A stretch of 63,983 nt of DNA, the filler included, from Lama guanicoe (lineage: Eukaryota), in assembly GCA_013239625.1 (NCBI GenBank). It is 93 parts of 93 records of this genome, joined end to end, with 100 filler letters (N's around TTAATTAATTAA, not from the genome) between each part and the next. Parts side by side here need not be neighbours in the genome. Positions count along the whole stretch, not along the records: positions 61,443 to 62,223 come from PNXV01028740.1; positions 62,324 to 62,686 come from PNXV01028741.1; positions 62,787 to 63,322 come from PNXV01028742.1; positions 63,423 to 63,983 come from PNXV01028748.1; 89 more parts are not named here. One strand, 5' to 3'. Each line of letters opens with the position of its first letter. Position 1 is the stretch's first letter. Below, one piece after another: positions 61,637-63,983 of the stretch. Position numbers and translations under genes: made by a program. The notes beneath the pieces were generated by a model, which worked only from the letters and a program-made list of their open reading frames with translations, was not told where the DNA came from and made no database searches.

Positions 61637-62223
61637 TTAATTTGCTAACATTTTCTTAAGAAATTTTGCACAAGGTTTTAGTATGTTATTTTATCTTCTT
61701 GTAATGTCTTTGTTGAGTTTTGGTATTAATGTAGTACTGGCCTCATAAATAAGACGTGAACTGTTTTCTCCTCTATTTTCCAGGAATCATTGTGTAAGAT
61801 TGATATTATATCTTAAATGCCTGGTAGAATCCTCTAGTAAAATCAGCTGGGCCTGGAGTTTTCTTTGTTTTTGATAACAAATTCATTTTCTTTAATAGAT
61901 AATTGGGCTATTCAGATATTCTATTTCATCTTATACCTGTTTTACAGTAAGTTGTATTTTTCAAGTTTTGTCCATTTCATCTGAGTTGTCACATTTGTTG
62001 CAGTGAAATGGTTCATAGTAATTCCCTTGTTAGACTTCTACTATTTATATATTCCTTAGTGATAAATTCTTTTTCATTCCTGATATTAGTGATTTGTTGC
62101 AAAGACAGTTTTTTTATTTTTAGTAATTCTAGGTAAGGCTTAATCTATTCTGTTGCTTTTTCCAAAGAAACCACTTTTTATTTCTTCTCTTATTTCCTTC
62201 CGGGTACTGAGGATTTACTTTGC
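61637..62223 (-). mobile_element. Old LINE-1 ORF2 fragment, antisense
   Basis: TTTTGGTATTAA.GTA.TACTGGCCTCATAAA...TGGTAGAAT.CTCTAGT.AAA.CAGCTGGGCCTGGAGTTTTCTTTG. Confidence 0.85.
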
Positions 62224-62328
62224 NNNNNNNNNNNNNNNNNNNNNNNNNNNNNNNNNNNNNNNNNNNNTTAATTAATTAANNNNNNNNNNNNNNNNNNNNN
62301 NNNNNNNNNNNNNNNNNNNNNNNCAAAC

Positions 62329-62686
62329 TGTTATGGACTCCATTTTGTCTCCCATCACTACCCTGCAGATTCTGATGGTAAAGCCCGGACACCCAGACCT
62401 CAGAATGTGACTGTGTTTGGAGATAGGGACTTTAAGCAATCATGATAAAAAGATGCTGTAAGATTGGATCATAATCCAACCTGATCAGAGTCCTTATAAG
62501 AAGGAAAACTTGTAGGACAAATGGAGAGATGGTAAGGATGTCATGCACCGAGGAATGACCATGTGAATAGGCAGCAACAGGGCTGCCTGTTGCAAGCCAA
62601 GCAGAGAACCCAAAGAGAAACCCAACCCTGCTGGCATCTTGATCTTGAATTGTCTTGAATTGCTGGCCTCCAGAACTGTGAAAGGA
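62329..62686 (+). mobile_element. MaLR LTR (MLT1B-like)
   Basis: TGTTATGGACT...CCTCAGAATGTGACTGTGTTTGGAGATAGGG...GTCCTTATAAGAAG...CCTGCTGGCA.CTTGATCTTG...GCCTCCAGAACTGTGA. Confidence 0.88.
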
Positions 62687-63114
62687 NNNNNNNNNNNNNN
62701 NNNNNNNNNNNNNNNNNNNNNNNNNNNNNNTTAATTAATTAANNNNNNNNNNNNNNNNNNNNNNNNNNNNNNNNNNNNNNNNNNNNTGCATCTTCCCGAG
62801 TGTGTGTTCGCCCGTGTCCTTCTCCCCAAACCCCCCTTCACACACGGATCCTGCGGTTTTTCTCCTGTCTTCCAGCCCCAACTCTCTTTTTTTTCCCTAT
62901 TACCTAAGTCCACTTCCCTCCCTTGGGGGCAAGGTTTCCCATCTAAGGAGAAGACAAAATGCAGAGTTCTCTTTGGAGGTCAGGAAAAAGGTGGACACCT
63001 ACCTCCTCGTGCAACCAAAAAAAAGAATAATCTTTTTTATTGGAGAGAATCTGATCACAAGATATTTAATGCTCTGAGCATAAAGACATCTTGCTTGCTT
63101 ACCCCCTTCTTTCT

Positions 63115-63322
63115 TTCACGCAACAGATACTTATTAAACACCTACTAGGTGCCAGGTGCTGTTCTGCTTAGTGGGGGAGGTAGGCAATCAGCAAAAGACG
63201 GGAATGAGTAGATCAGATTACAATGCTGAGGGATCGCCCTGGCTGCAGTGCACAAAGCAGACTGCAGGGGGCAAAGTGGAGCTCGGTTACAGGCTGGAGG
63301 AGCATGGTCTGGGAGGCAGGGG
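63115..63322 (-). mobile_element. L2 3' end, antisense
   Basis: CAACAGATACTTATTAAACACCTACTAGGTGCCAGG...AGATCAGATT...GGATCGCCCTGGCTGCAGTG. Confidence 0.6.
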
Positions 63323-63983
63323 NNNNNNNNNNNNNNNNNNNNNNNNNNNNNNNNNNNNNNNNNNNNTTAATTAATTAANNNNNNNNNNNNNNNNNNNNNN
63401 NNNNNNNNNNNNNNNNNNNNNNTCAGGGAAGGATGCCCCATGCAAGAAACAAAGGAAAAGGAGCATCGAATGCTATCCACACAATCAAAGGCAAAAGCCG
63501 GACAGCAAACCTGCCGCAGAGGAGGGTTGGGTAAAGGGGGAAAGACAGTATTCAAAGACAGGCCCCTATGAGAGTGTTTATTACCAGGACTTGGGGATAA
63601 GAAAGAACTAGCAAAATGGAACAGAAACGGTCCGCAGAGATCAATCTTCTATGTACTTTCAAAGTCAACCCCCATTTCCTCCCCCAAATGCTTCTCCCCA
63701 TCATCTCCCCATGTCTGCTCGCTTTTCCCAAGGACCAGAATTCCTTCTTCAGAGATGCTCATGCTACTGCGTCCAGAATGGTGGCTCTTCTCTCTTCTGT
63801 GTGTCATCGTGATGCTTCATCGTCTCCTCAGTGCCCGTGCTTATGCACACACATGTGCACACACACACACAAACACACAGTTGCCTCGTGGGTTGACAAC
63901 AGGAGATTAAGGGAATCCTTACTGTTTGGGGGTGGTGAAAAATGTGCTCATGAAATTTCAGAAAAATCCAAGAACCTGTGCTT

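Larger units (their letters stand above)
531..63422. other. Artificial contig-joining linkers N44-TTAATTAATTAA-N44 (100 bp, about 92 copies; first at 531-630, last at 63323-63422)
   Basis: The same 100-bp unit lies between every pair of fragments. The palindromic 12-mer has TAA in all six frames, and the flanking fragments are unrelated. Confidence 0.98.

Noticed and set aside
531..63422. CRISPR-like or otherwise biological array of TTAATTAATTAA repeats with 'spacers'
   Set aside because: The 12-mer is always embedded in exactly 44+44 Ns, the 'spacers' are 250-980-bp mammalian fragments and there are no cas genes. It is an assembly linker.
3044..63555. Many ORFs sharing a C-terminal 'XXXX-LIN' or 'XXXX-N' motif
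   Set aside because: These are read-through into the N-run and TTAATTAATTAA linker, not a protein family.
1..63983. A novel multi-gene biological system in this window
   Set aside because: Fragments are unlinked, under 1 kb and mostly transposon-derived or non-coding. No intact gene is present and cross-fragment adjacency is artificial.

Overview
This is not a contiguous locus. The window is a concatenation of about 93 short, unrelated mammalian genomic fragments (about 250-980 bp, all under 1 kb). They are joined by about 92 (hand count) identical artificial 100-bp linkers, N44-TTAATTAATTAA-N44, which put stop codons in all six frames. The fragments are typical placental intergenic/intronic DNA: LINE-1 pieces, L2, MIR, MaLR/ERVL/ERV1 LTRs, hAT-type MER3/MER58 elements and microsatellites. 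The young L1 3' ends and the absence of recognisable Alu, B1, Bov or SINEC elements suggest a cetartiodactyl, probably a camelid (inference). The only confidently named gene-derived sequence is a processed ACTB pseudogene fragment (22584-22903), and no ORF in the track is a credible gene. Points of real interest: two satellite families (a 249-bp monomer, and a 7->63->189-bp hierarchical repeat seen in two separate fragments); two near-identical fragment pairs with exactly 49 identical bases outside their first and last variants (an assembly-bubble signature); and a few isolated candidate exons, including a 15-nt microexon. I find no support for a new multi-gene system, and adjacency across linkers has no biological meaning. 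Repeat family names come from recalled consensus sequences, not a database search.
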